The translations under genes and the position numbers were made by a program. A stretch of 62,945 nt of DNA, counting the filler, from Octopus bimaculoides (taxonomy: Eukaryota): NCBI RefSeq assembly GCF_001194135.2. It is 7 parts of 7 records of this genome, joined end to end, with 100 filler letters (N's around TTAATTAATTAA, not from the genome) between each part and the next. Parts side by side here need not be neighbours in the genome. Positions count along the whole stretch, not along the records: positions 7,282 to 15,147 come from NC_068989.1; positions 15,248 to 35,736 come from NC_068982.1; 5 more parts are not named here. One strand, 5' to 3'. Positions within the stretch are counted from its first letter, which is position 1, and each line of letters opens with the position of its first letter. The notes beneath the pieces were generated by a model, which was given only the letters and a program-made list of their open reading frames with translations, was not told the DNA's origin and did not search any database. Positions 12,514 through 23,438 of this stretch are shown piece by piece.

Positions 12514-12544
<31 letters not shown>

Positions 12545-12681
12545 TTGAAAAATACCTGAGGAATGAGAACCCAGGTTCGAAATTTCCCCAAGACACCTGA
12601 AGAAGGCTGGAGGGTATATCAGCTGAAACGTTGTGTTAACAAACAAGATGAGGACAAATATCAGTCAAATGTAAATAATGT
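12409..12681 (+). mobile_element. ~270-bp non-autonomous insertion (inverted tail + tRNA-like segment + (AAT)n + hammerhead) with 13-bp TSD
   Basis: ACTAACCATGCTC is duplicated at 12396-12408 and 12682-12694. Removing the insert and one copy restores the host RT frame SHIHNTNHALHLFTSF. Confidence 0.85.
12592..12637 (+). ncRNA. Minimal type-I hammerhead ribozyme motif (PLE-type)
   Basis: GACAC-CUGAAGA-A-GGCUG(gagggtatat)CAGCU-GAAAC-GUU-GUGUU contains stem I, the canonical core, stem II and a palindromic AC/GU stem III. Confidence 0.7.
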
Positions 12682-14485
12682 ACTAACCATGCTCTTCATC
12701 TTTTCACCTCTTTCTCCTTCCCTCTTGCTGGCCCCTCTAAACTCTTCACTCTTGATATCAAAACTATATACAGTGATCCCACACAACGAAGGACTTCTTG
12801 TCCTCAAACACTTCCTAGACCTTTGACTCGACCCCCAACCTGCCATGTCTACACTTCATCGTCTGGCTGAACTTATTTGTTGGAGAGTTTTGCCAACAGG
12901 TCTTGGAAGTGGCCATGGGAATAACAATGGCCTCAACTGTGCGAACCTGTTCGCTGGCTATGTTGAGGCCCAAATATTTTCAAGATTCACTGGTCCCACT
13001 CCCAAACTATATGGTCATTATATTGATGGCTGTATCAGTGCGACCTCACTCTCCCACAAACAAACTAGACTCCTTCCTCTATTTTGTCCAATCCTTCCAT
13101 CCTGCCCTCAAATTCTCCTGCACCATTTCTAACACTTACATCGCCTTTCTCGATATTTTGGTCAACATACACAACTCTGCTCTCACCACCTCCATCCACT
13201 ACAAACACACAGACTTACACTCATACCTCAACTTCTCCTCCTCCCACCTTACCCACACCAAGCTCTCCATCCCCTACTCCCAATTCTTCTGTCTGCACAG
13301 GCTCTGCAGTGACAACCATGACTTTGAGACTCAGTCTCAATTCATGGCTCGCCACTTCATCCTTCATGGATATCCTCTCACCACTATTCACACCGCCCTT
13401 ACCAGAGCATGTTCCATGGACCATGCCTCTGCTCTCTCTCCTCACGTCCCACTGTTGTCTATCTCCCGTTTCCCCTCACCACCCTGCCATCCTCCTCCTC
13501 CAATACACCATTCTCTGAGTCTTCCAGCGACTCCAGTCTGACCCCACCACTTTGTACATCTTTCCCAACCTACCCCTTCCCTCCTACAAATGAGCCCAGA
13601 ACCTACGTGACCTCTTGATCCACAGTTTCTCCTCTGTACATCAGTCAAACGAGACACCGCTTGGCTGACCAGTTTGTGGAGCACCTCCAAGACATTAGAC
13701 TCTGCAATGAGACCCCGTCTCACACCATTTCCACTCTACTGGTCATTCATTTAAACATGTCTGTGTTGGGATTGTCTTTGCACAGGGGCCATCCGGACCC
13801 CTGCCTTCACCTTGAACAGGAATTAATCTTCTCTCTTCACTCCTTTGCACCATATGGGCTCAACTCCGTTCGTCTCTCCATCTGACTCCTCTCCTCTCTT
13901 CACTGACATCTCCCTCTCTTCATTCCTACCCACCTTCTCCCTTCATTGATACCGCTCCATCTACACCCTACCACCATACATCCCACTCCCACATACCCTA
14001 CACATCGTCACCCCCACANNNNNNNNNNNNNNNNNNNNNNNNNNNNNNNNNNNNNNNNNNNNNNNNNNNNNNNNNNNNNNNNNNNNNNNNNNNNNNNNNN
14101 NNNNNNNNNNNNCTCCCCCACATCCTCACTCCCCCACATCCTCACTCCCCCGCATCCTCACTCCCCCACATCCTCACCCCATGTCCTCACCCCAAACCCA
14201 CACATCACCCTCAGAGCCTCACATCCCAACACCGTCACACCACACCACATTACACCACCCAACACACACTAGCACTGACCACACACTTAAGCACACATCT
14301 ACATGTCAAAGTGACCAGCACCTATCCACATGCAGGCGTACCTTCGTTTTGGGATCACCAGTACTTTATTATCTCCCCTTCATTCTAGCTCATTTGTCTA
14401 ACTACCATTGTCCAACCAGTTGCTATGAGTGACTGCTGACTCCACAAGTTTTTTTAATTTTCTTTCTGTTTATTTCCTTGTCTTC

Positions 14486-14521
14486 CTTTCTGTTGAAGAG
14501 CGTAGGCTTGAAATGTAAAAG
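14486..14521 (+). ncRNA. Hammerhead-like motif, CUGUUGA variant (decayed copy)
   Basis: CUUU-CUGUUGA-A-GAGC(GUAG)GCUU-GAAAU-GUA-AAAG; two CpG-type C>T changes relative to the copy at 57983. Confidence 0.5.
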
Positions 14522-14940
14522 ACTTTCTCACCTTCACCTTAGCACCCACATTTTTCAGCTCCAAGAGCTCCATTTTTCAGGAGCAAAATCCTTTTTACAG
14601 GGTCCATAACACTAGAATTTTCAAATATGCGCATAAATATCAGATATATAAAGATGAGAATGTGTGTCTGTGTGAATCTATAAAACTTGAGAACTACATA
14701 ACCAATTTCATTCCAAATTAACACATGCCTTACTTAGGGTCCATGTAGTGTCCTAGGCCAAAACAATTTTTAACTTCTTGCATAGTTCGAGCCCACAACA
14801 ATATCATATCTCCTTCACTATTTCAGTATTACGTGTCAAAAGTGAAACAATAACATCACTCTACGGTAATGAAAGTATGTATATATATATATATGTATGT
14901 ATGTGTGTGTATATATATATGTATGTATATATATGTGTGT

Positions 14941-14979
<39 letters not shown>

Positions 14980-14980
<1 letters not shown>

Positions 14981-15147
14981 TAGCAGAGATACCCAGCGTT
15001 GCCCGTGTTACATGCAATTGAAAAATGAGACTTCTCTGTTATATTTTCTGTAAGGAACTGGAATACATATGATTCGAATTTCATCAAAATTGCACATGAG
15101 GGTTCTTTCCCTCTTTACACACCCTAAAAAATTCTAATCATGAGACA
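14980..15147 (-). mobile_element. Helitron-like 3' terminus
   Basis: The minus strand shows a GC-rich imperfect hairpin (ACGGGCAACGCTGGGT), then ~8 nt, then a CTAG|T terminus. The rest runs into a gap. Confidence 0.5.
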
Positions 15148-15247
15148 NNNNNNNNNNNNNNNNNNNNNNNNNNNNNNNNNNNNNNNNNNNNTTAATTAAT
15201 TAANNNNNNNNNNNNNNNNNNNNNNNNNNNNNNNNNNNNNNNNNNNN

Positions 15248-15283
<36 letters not shown>

Positions 15284-15300
15284 TAATAATAATAATAACA

Positions 15301-15505
15301 TTTTCTACAGAAGGCACGAGGCCTAAAATTTGTGGGGAGGGGACTAGTCGATTACAGAGACCCCAGTGCTTCACTGGTAGTTAATTTATCGGCCCCAAAA
15401 GGGCTGAAAGTCAAAGTCGACCTCCACGGAATTTAAATCTAGCGACGGGCGAAATGCCACTAAGCATTCCGTCGTGCGGACTAACAATTCTGCCAGCTCA
15501 TCGCC
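15301..15505 (-). mobile_element. SINE, family A
   Basis: Aligns with 2126-2373 over head and tail. Confidence 0.8.
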
Positions 15506-15557
15506 TTAGTAATAATAATAATGAGGAGGAGGAGGAGGAGGAGGAGGAGGAGGAGGA

Positions 15558-15838
15558 TGGGTGCTTAAGCAGTTGTGGTCGATGAAAAAGGTGGCAGTAG
15601 TAGTAACAATAATTGTTGGAGCCCTGGGAAGAGTGAGTACAAATCTTGAGAAATACATGGAACAAATAGCGGCTGCAATAAGGGTGGAGAACTTGCAGAA
15701 AACAGCACTGCTTGGAACCGCTCGTTTACTCCGGAAGGTGCTCGGAAATTAAGCGGTGTTACTTTAGTTCACTGGTAGTGAACAGCTGATACCATAGTAC
15801 ATCTCCAGCGCTAGAAGCTATGCAAAAACAATAATAAT
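15558..15838 (+). pseudogene. 3' end of an R4/Dong-like REL LINE with (AAT) tail
   Basis: LKQLWSMKKVAVVVTIIVGALG...LQKTALLGTARLLRKVL* followed by a short UTR and CAATAATAAT. Confidence 0.8.
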
Positions 15839-16029
15839 ATGTCCAGTTCTGTGTGGCAAGCAGCACTATCTAGTTGTAACCCTCCTTCTCCGATATTGGA
15901 AGCGGAATGAGAAAAGGAACACTAAAAATTGTTGTCTTTAATAAGCTTGGCCTTAACTACATATGTCTCACCATCCAGTTTAATGCCGTCAAGATAAAGA
16001 TAATAAAAATAGAATAGACATGTTAATCT

Positions 16030-16910
16030 CTCGTTGTTGGGAAATTAGAAAGTTAGAATACAGCAAAGACAGTCTAGAACAGAATGTAGCACTAATTGCG
16101 AAGGTAATTAGTTCATATGTTATTGATATTGTTGCTTGAAGTGAGACCAGGCTCGTGGACACTGGTCAGTTAGAAGTTCGATGCTGAAAACTGGCAGATG
16201 AGCCAAGAATTCATGGTTTTGTTTTTGTTATTAAATCCACCCTACGTCGCAAGTTGCCATCCATCCGTCATGCTGAAGATGAGCGTCTCATGACATTTCG
16301 TATAACCATAACTAAATCCTCCTATATGCACATTATCAGTGCATATACACCTACTTTATCTCTATCTGAACAAGAAAATAACATTTTCTACTCCAAATTG
16401 CAGACATTTGTCATTAAAATTCCATATCATGAAAATGCATTAGTGATAGGCGATCTTAATGCCAGAATAGGTAACTAACACACAGTGTGGTCAAATGCAA
16501 TAGGAAAGCATGAAACAGAACAAAATTGAATGCATGCAGTTTGCAATTGCTGTTTTTCTATTAACAGTTCTGTCTAACAATCATAAAAATGTATTTCAGT
16601 TGACAGATAAATATGAAAGCAACAGGAAGCATACCCGATCTGATTACTGGCACATTACTGACAAGCAAAGGCTAAAGTGATTTCAGATTAGCCACAGCTC
16701 ACAAAACTCGCGAGTGTTACTCGGATCATAGAATGTTTCGCTCAAAATTACTCGTTAAAGTATATACAAAGACGATGTTGAGGTCCAGTATACATCCGAG
16801 AATAAGAATTTCACGAAGGACACACACATTTGAAATGCATCTGAATTCAAAGCTTAAGAATATAGAGGGAAGCAATAATTCTGAAATTCGTTGGGGCATG
16901 ATAAATAATT
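16030..16910 (+). pseudogene. RTE-clade LINE APE endonuclease remnant
   Basis: IDIVA*SETRL, ERLMTFRI, IISAYTPT, VIGDLNARIG, WKHTRSDYWH and CYSDHRMFRSKL motifs. Confidence 0.8.
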
Positions 16911-17417
16911 CTTTTTATCACTTACTCGATGCATACATAACTTTACATGAAATTTTTTGTTCGGAATATTTCAGAATTATTGATTTATCATAATACATTC
17001 AGTCTTCTCACTGCAACGTTTCGTTTTCTACTTAAAAGAAATTCAGCGGTGGGCGTTGCTTTTATCTAGTTCTGATGAAGCAGCCTTAATCAAACTATAC
17101 CCTGCCATGACCATGTTATTTCTTTTGTTAAGTATTATGAACTTTAGAGACGTACTCCCGTTTAAATTTCTGGTTACATACGTAACACATTACATAAAAT
17201 TACTTATTTAAAACTATAGAGAATCCACATAGGAATTTATCTACTTCAGGTGTAACACATTGATGATATAGTTCTAGATAATGTAATGCTTAAGAGATGA
17301 AAAAGAAATAGGTAGTTGGATGACCTGTCATCAAAGATGTAGTAAAATAAAATGCTAGGTTTTAAGAGCTCGATATTTATACATACAAACATACGTACAT
17401 ACATAAATACATATATA

Positions 17418-18665
17418 CACAGACATGCAGGAAGTAAATAGACACCTTTAATTTTGAAAATTTCTTATCTTAGTGTCTTAATATGTTTTCAGCAGTGTAG
17501 AATTTACAATATAATTATTCTTTTTCATTCCAGGTGCCATTATATTAAACATTTGCGTAGAGTAACCATGCCACGCGCAAAACATTCAGCTGAACTGTCA
17601 AATTTTCAAAGAGGTCGTACTGTTGGGCAATCTGAGGCTGGTCCTAGCCAGCGAAAAGTTGCCGAAAATCTTGAAGTTCCTCTTGCTACTGTTAATAGAA
17701 TTATAGTGCAATTCAAAAGCCAAGGAAAAGATTCGTCTCGGCCGACCTGGGTCCTCGGAAAGGAAGCTTCGCTGTTTGAAGATAATTGTGGAAAACGAAC
17801 CCCATTCAAAGGCTTCTGATATTGCAAAACAGCTAGAAGTTAGTCCAAGAATGTGTGTTACATATCTGCATAAGCTTGGGTATTATGGACGAGCAGCTAG
17901 AAGAAAACCTCTCCTTCAGCCAATTAATATCATGAAAGAAAGAAATGGACTAAGGAGATGTCAGAAAAATCCAGTTCATTTTGGGATAGAGTGATTTTCT
18001 CAGATGAATCCAGATTTGCATTATTTTCAGAAAGTGGATGTGTTTGGGTCTGAATTTGATTTGAAACGACTCCAACCAACTGTGAAACATGGCGGCAACT
18101 CTGTAATGGTATGGGAAGCTGTCACCAGCAATGGTCGTTCTGAGCTGATCGAATGTGTTGGAACCATAAACTCTGAAAAATATATCGAAATACTTAAGCA
18201 AGGACTACTTCCGATGTATTCACACGATAACAAAACAAAAACTGAGTTTTTATTCATGGAAGATGAGGCGCCATGTCACGCAGCGGAAAGGAATCAACAA
18301 TGGCTGACTGAAAATGGGTTGAAAACGCTTCCTTGGCCGAGCCATTCTCCTGGCATGAACCGAAATGAAAATCTTTGAAGCATAGTAGATAGAGCTAAAC
18401 GAAAGACTCGGCAGAAACCTAAATCTAAAGATGAATTGCTTCGATTGTTGCATGAAAAGTGGGCAGAAATTCCACAAGAGATAATCACAAAGTTTCTCAG
18501 TTCAATGCCAAGAAGAGTTTCTGAATTAAAAACTGTAAAGGGAACGTCAACTAAATACTAAGGGATATAGTCCTACCTATCGATTACATTTCAATTGTTC
18601 GCTTTGCGTATTAAATAGAACATCTTGAAAATTAAAATTGTCTATTTATTTCCAACATATCTGTG
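17418..18665 (+). mobile_element. Full-length decayed Tc1 element (DD34E type)
   Basis: ~40-bp imperfect TIRs (CACAGACATGCAGGAAGTAAATAGACACC... vs reverse complement CACAGATATGTTGGAAATAAATAGACAAT...). TA at 17416-17417; the right TA is obscured by (TG)n. Confidence 0.9.
17568..18561 (+). pseudogene. Tc1 transposase pseudogene
   Basis: [16 protein letters not shown] (HTH), [48 protein letters not shown]...KGTSTKY*. Several frameshifts and stops. Confidence 0.9.
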
Positions 18666-18899
18666 TGTGTATACATATGTGTGTGTGTGTGTATGGGTGC
18701 ATGTGTTTGTGCTTGTGTGTGTAACCCACACACACGTACACATACATGAACGAACGCACGCACACATATATAGTTATGGTATATTCCGGGACCCTTCTCA
18801 ACTAACGGAGACAACACTCGCATATCGCCTGATGAAGCACAATTAGACCTTATGATGCAATTAGTTACGTAATCACATACCTGTAATCTCGTAAAACTA

Positions 18900-19240
18900 C
18901 GTTGCGTCAGAAGAATTGTAGCGTCTCTGCTAAAACCACGGGCCGACCAAAGCCTTGTGAGTGGATTTGGTAGACGGAAACTGAAAGAATTCCGTCGAAC
19001 ATATATATGTATATTTGCGTATATGTATATGTATTTGTTTGTCTGTGTTTGACACCCCACCATCGCTCGACAACCGATGTGGGTGTGTTTATGTCCCTAC
19101 ACATTAGCGGTTCGGCGAAAGACCGATAGAATATATTCTAGGCTTACAAGGAATAAACCCTGGGGTTGACTTCTTCCACTAAGGCGGTGCTCCAGCATGG
19201 GCGTAGTCAAATGACTGAAACACGTAAAAGAATAAAAGAA
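18900..19240 (+). mobile_element. SINE, family C (bipartite, internal microsatellite)
   Basis: CCTTGTGAGTGGATTTGGTAGACGGAAACTGAAAGAA + (TA/TG)n + TTAGCGGTTCGGC...GGTGCTCCAGCATGG...AATGACTGAAAC; homologous to 41640-41760 and 50635-51795. Confidence 0.75.
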
Positions 19241-19899
19241 AAAATATATATGTATATACACATATATACACACGGACATAAAATAAATTCTACTGGCACC
19301 TTCCGTAACAAGTTTCATTAGAAATACCTTCAATTCGTTTCGCATTTTATGATGGGCTTTAATACAAAAATTACTCCCAGTCAGCGCAATAAGCTGTTGA
19401 GTAATGTGCGCGTTCATTCAGGGCCAATAATGCCTCTTCTTGTTAATGACCAACTCAATGGAGCAGTAAAAATATATTTCGTAAAAATACAATCAACAAC
19501 TTGAAGTATGACTAGAATCGTCTTGCTTGATATACTGAACAGAAATCCCCCTTTAAATCTTGCGGAAGTTAAGAGAAACAACATCCATTTCAATGCACAC
19601 TCCAAAGGTATTTCATTGTATGTTACGAACTTTAGTAACACTTCAATGAAGAACCCAATGGATTATAAAACATTAAATTCGGTGCCAAAAGTAATTAGAT
19701 CATACATTTCCTCATAAAGCACATGGGAGAGAAACAAAAATTGGATATTATTTTATTTTGTAAACGTCAATCAAAAAGCTACTAAAAATTAATTATTAAA
19801 AATTATATTCATTATTGAATTTAGAAATACAAGAGGTGTGCGCATAACAATACAACTAAACCTTAATAAACATTTATCGATACCACAGTATAGAATATT

Positions 19900-20420
19900 G
19901 TTTGCTAATTAGATATGTGTACGTAAGACTTACTACAAAATTCAAAGAAAAACTACGGAGCCTAGGAAATTCTTGTAAATACATACCGACTCTACATGAT
20001 GATGGAAAATCCATGTGCGAGATGCTGCAGAGACAATACTGCTCTGTCTTCAGTAACGCTAATGATGTTGATGTGGCTAGTATCAGTGATGTAAACACTC
20101 AACTAATCATATCTGACACAACTTTTGGTCCTCCTGATATCCTAACAGAAATAGATAAGATCCAGCACAACTCTTCAACAGGTCCCGATAAGTTCCCGGC
20201 CACTGTCCTGAAGATGTGTAGACATCAAATTGCACTCCCTCTAGCTGAGCTCTGGAGAAACTCGATGCAGGCTATACTCCTAATCATTTTCTTTCCCAGT
20301 CTGTCGTTCCAGTCATCAAAAAGGGAAGCAAATCTCTTGCAGTGAACCCCCGTCCGATTTCACTCACTCCTCATATCATTAAAGTATTTGATATTCTGGT
20401 GAGATCGCGAATAACATACA
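19900..20420 (+). pseudogene. CR1-like LINE fragment (start of RT)
   Basis: MCEMLQRQYCSVFS...SSTGPDKFPATVLKMC...PLAELWRNS, then frameshifted SVVPVIKKGSKSLAVNPRPISL. Confidence 0.75.
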
Positions 20421-22106
20421 ATGAAGTTACAAATATGTCTAGAAATATTCTCCACACATTTCACGAATAACAACCTACTATCAAATTAGATCATGTAGTG
20501 CTTGATGCAATATAAATTAATATTGGAGTTCCTTTTATCTCACATCCGTTCAAATCTAGCTGAGCTAATACTAAACTACGAAAGATAGTCACAAAATAAT
20601 ACACATAGTCAAGGTCAGAACCAAAATGACATTATAGAAAAGCATCCCTTAGTAGGACCAAATACGACGTGTCAGTAGAATATAACTGCCTACGCTATCA
20701 ATATAAATACTTATTCAAAAAGCAATACACTTAAGTGTGTCCAAATCCTTAAATATTCTTTACACAGAATGAAGCTCGAACACATATAGCTAAATTTACT
20801 TTTAGACATGGCTGCATAAAACTAAATCCAGTCATCAAATCAAATTTAAATGAAAACTTCTCATATACACTGCAGTAGAAAGAGTGATATCAGCTATAGA
20901 AAAACAGAACTTGGAAAAGAAAAAAAATAACACTAATAATGCTACTGATCATGACGTACACAAATGTCAGTAAGACATTTTCAAAAATGTCTGCTTGCAT
21001 TGGGTATCAATAAAACACATTGCATGAAAAAATGGTTCAGTTTGGAGTGTATATGGGACTAAAAGATTCAGCATAATAAATATGCACAATCAATGAAAAA
21101 TTAGAAAAACGAAAAGTAAACCCAGAAACATACGTAAAAAAACAAAATTTATGGGAAGGAAATTTGCCAATACAATCAACACCCCTAACAAAAGGGAAAC
21201 TTCCAGAATTTATGGTGTAAGCTATCTTATTTCAATTAGTTTAATATTACACAGAAATAGAGAAATAGCATGAAATGAATTAAAAAGAAGACAAGAATTT
21301 ACAATATTTATTCCCAAATCACAAATCACCAGAGACTAAACTACAAAACTCCGGCATTCTGTGAAAAATAATATAGAATTCCTGAGCATTCCATATTACG
21401 CACTAACAATATAGAATGCTCTGGCACCAACATAGTTAGGCCGCCTCTCTAAAAAATATGACTCTAGTATCTGAACAAAAAGTTTTCCTGAAAGGTGTGT
21501 ACAGATGTAAATAAAAAAATATTAATAAATCAGCTAGGTTTTGATGAAAACATAGAAACAAAAATTAAACAATGCATGGTTTCATTACATAAACGTTCTG
21601 GCAGCACTCTTATATATTTGAGGTTTTGCCAGTTTTGACGCATACAGTATCAACCATAATATTCCCAAATATATAAAGGATCAATAACATTGCAAAATAC
21701 ATATTGAATGAAATTAGATCTACTCAATATTGCGCGAAGAATTTTCATTTTGTTTCTTTCTTTTTACTTTTGATCCCACTGACATCAAACCAAACAATCA
21801 ATCCTTATTCTCTTCCGTCAACTTGGTTCAATAACCAATTCCAACCAGACGGGTTTCACAGTACGGGTCCTATTATACAACCTTTCGATTTTTAAATGGA
21901 AAACCTTACTCACGAGACCAACATTTGGGTGATTTTGCTAAGTTGCCACTTCACATTCTTACGCCAATCTCTCACAATATTACCCATTTAGAGTTGAATA
22001 ATTTGGAGCAACATACAATGAGGTGCTTTGCTCAAGAACACAGCAGGCATTCGGTCTGGGAATCAAAAGCTTGATCTCCCGATCCTGGTTTTGTGTCGCC
22101 GACTGG

Positions 22107-22169
<63 letters not shown>

Positions 22170-22178
<9 letters not shown>

Positions 22179-22348
22179 TCGAAAAATACCTTGGGAATGA
22201 GAACCCAGGTTCGAAATTTCCCCAAGAGACTTGATGAAAGCAGGAGGGTATATCAGCCGAAACGTTATGTTAACAACAAAAAATATGAGGACAAATATTC
22301 GTCAAATATAAATAATGTAAATAATGTACATAATTCCTTATCTTTTAA
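22170..22348 (+). mobile_element. Second copy of the (AAT)n-hammerhead unit (decayed core)
   Basis: AACATCGAAAAATACC..GGAATGAGAACCCAGGTTCGAAATTTCCCCAAG...CAGCCGAAACGTT...AATGTAAATAATGTACATAATTCC matches 12541-12681 and extends beyond it. Confidence 0.85.
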
Positions 22349-23391
22349 ATATAGAACTTTTAAAATCTGTTGTCATACTACGAAGACGGATATACCAAAA
22401 TTCACTTTGCAGAAGAACGTTGAATTTTACAATATGAAGTGTGGAACAGGTATTGAAATGAGAGCGTTGGTGTTGCATACCTTTTAATGCCGTTAAGCCA
22501 ATAGTAAAATAGGAACGGAAAATATGGTAGGTACAAATTCATCCCAGCACCAAATAGGGATTCAGGAAATTCTGTTAGCAGTTCTAACAACATTTTTGAT
22601 AAAAAGAATGTAACTACCAAACTTTAAGTAAATATGTATATAAGTGCTTTAGGCAATATGAAAATTTACATTACAGCAATTGCTTTTTGAAGTAATTGTG
22701 TAGCTTGTAGTGGTGATATATTAATGAATATGTGGCGTTTTATTATTAACTTTTGATTGATGAAATAATATATTTCACTCATAAAAATATTAGTTGAATT
22801 CTTTTCAATCATGTTTTGTTTTGTTTTGGAGATATTTTTATAAGGCTTTAACTTTCATCTATGGAAGACCGGTGGGATTATTATTTGCATGGGCTTAAAG
22901 ATTGGTCGCAATTTAGCATATAATTTACTTATTGCAGTTTGCTATTAATAAATATACATTGTACATTGGTTTATATGTCACTTTGTTTTAGTTTTATTAG
23001 AGTTAGTGTTTAATCCTGCCTATATTTTGATTGATTGAAACATTGTGGTTATTAATCTTTTACTTTTATATTATACTATGGAAGACGGTAGGGATTGTAA
23101 TTTTTGCATGATTTAATAGAGTTATCAGTGTTTAATTACGTATTTAGTTGTAGCTGTAATTCATTTATTGAATTTATTTATCGATACGGTTGTACATAGG
23201 GTAAATGTGTTTGAAATTTGTGATTTCTTTGTTCCCAAGCAACACTTATTTTAGTACTGTTGACACCACCGGATTAAAAGGTACGGGCTAGGTGTCAAAA
23301 CGACAATGATATTCGTAGAGCAGATGATGATGGAGATATCATGGATTGTTGGCATAGCTGTGCTGTGGAATAGTATTATAACACATACAAT

Positions 23392-23438
<47 letters not shown>

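Larger units (their letters stand above)
11560..14530 (+). mobile_element. Decayed Penelope-like element (RT + GIY-YIG + 3' repeat with hammerhead motif)
   Basis: Frameshifted motifs: LSEAEHSLLSWGLRFIP; LFTLDIK-LYTVIPHNEGL; VAMG...CANLFAGYVE...YGHYIDGC; YKHTDLHSYLNFSSSH...IPYSQF; LYISQTRHRLADQFVEHLQDIR. A C-rich tandem 3' region and a hammerhead-like motif (14486-14521) follow. Confidence 0.9.

Noticed and set aside
13920-14270. Pro/His/Thr-rich ORFs and CCTCACTCCCCCACAT tandem repeats
   Set aside because: This is the low-complexity 3' region of the Penelope-like element, not a gene.
22860-23210. Degenerate ~217-bp-period duplication (TATGGAAGAC...TTTGCATG)
   Set aside because: Only two short, diverged units with no spacer structure or assignable product. 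Not CRISPR-like.
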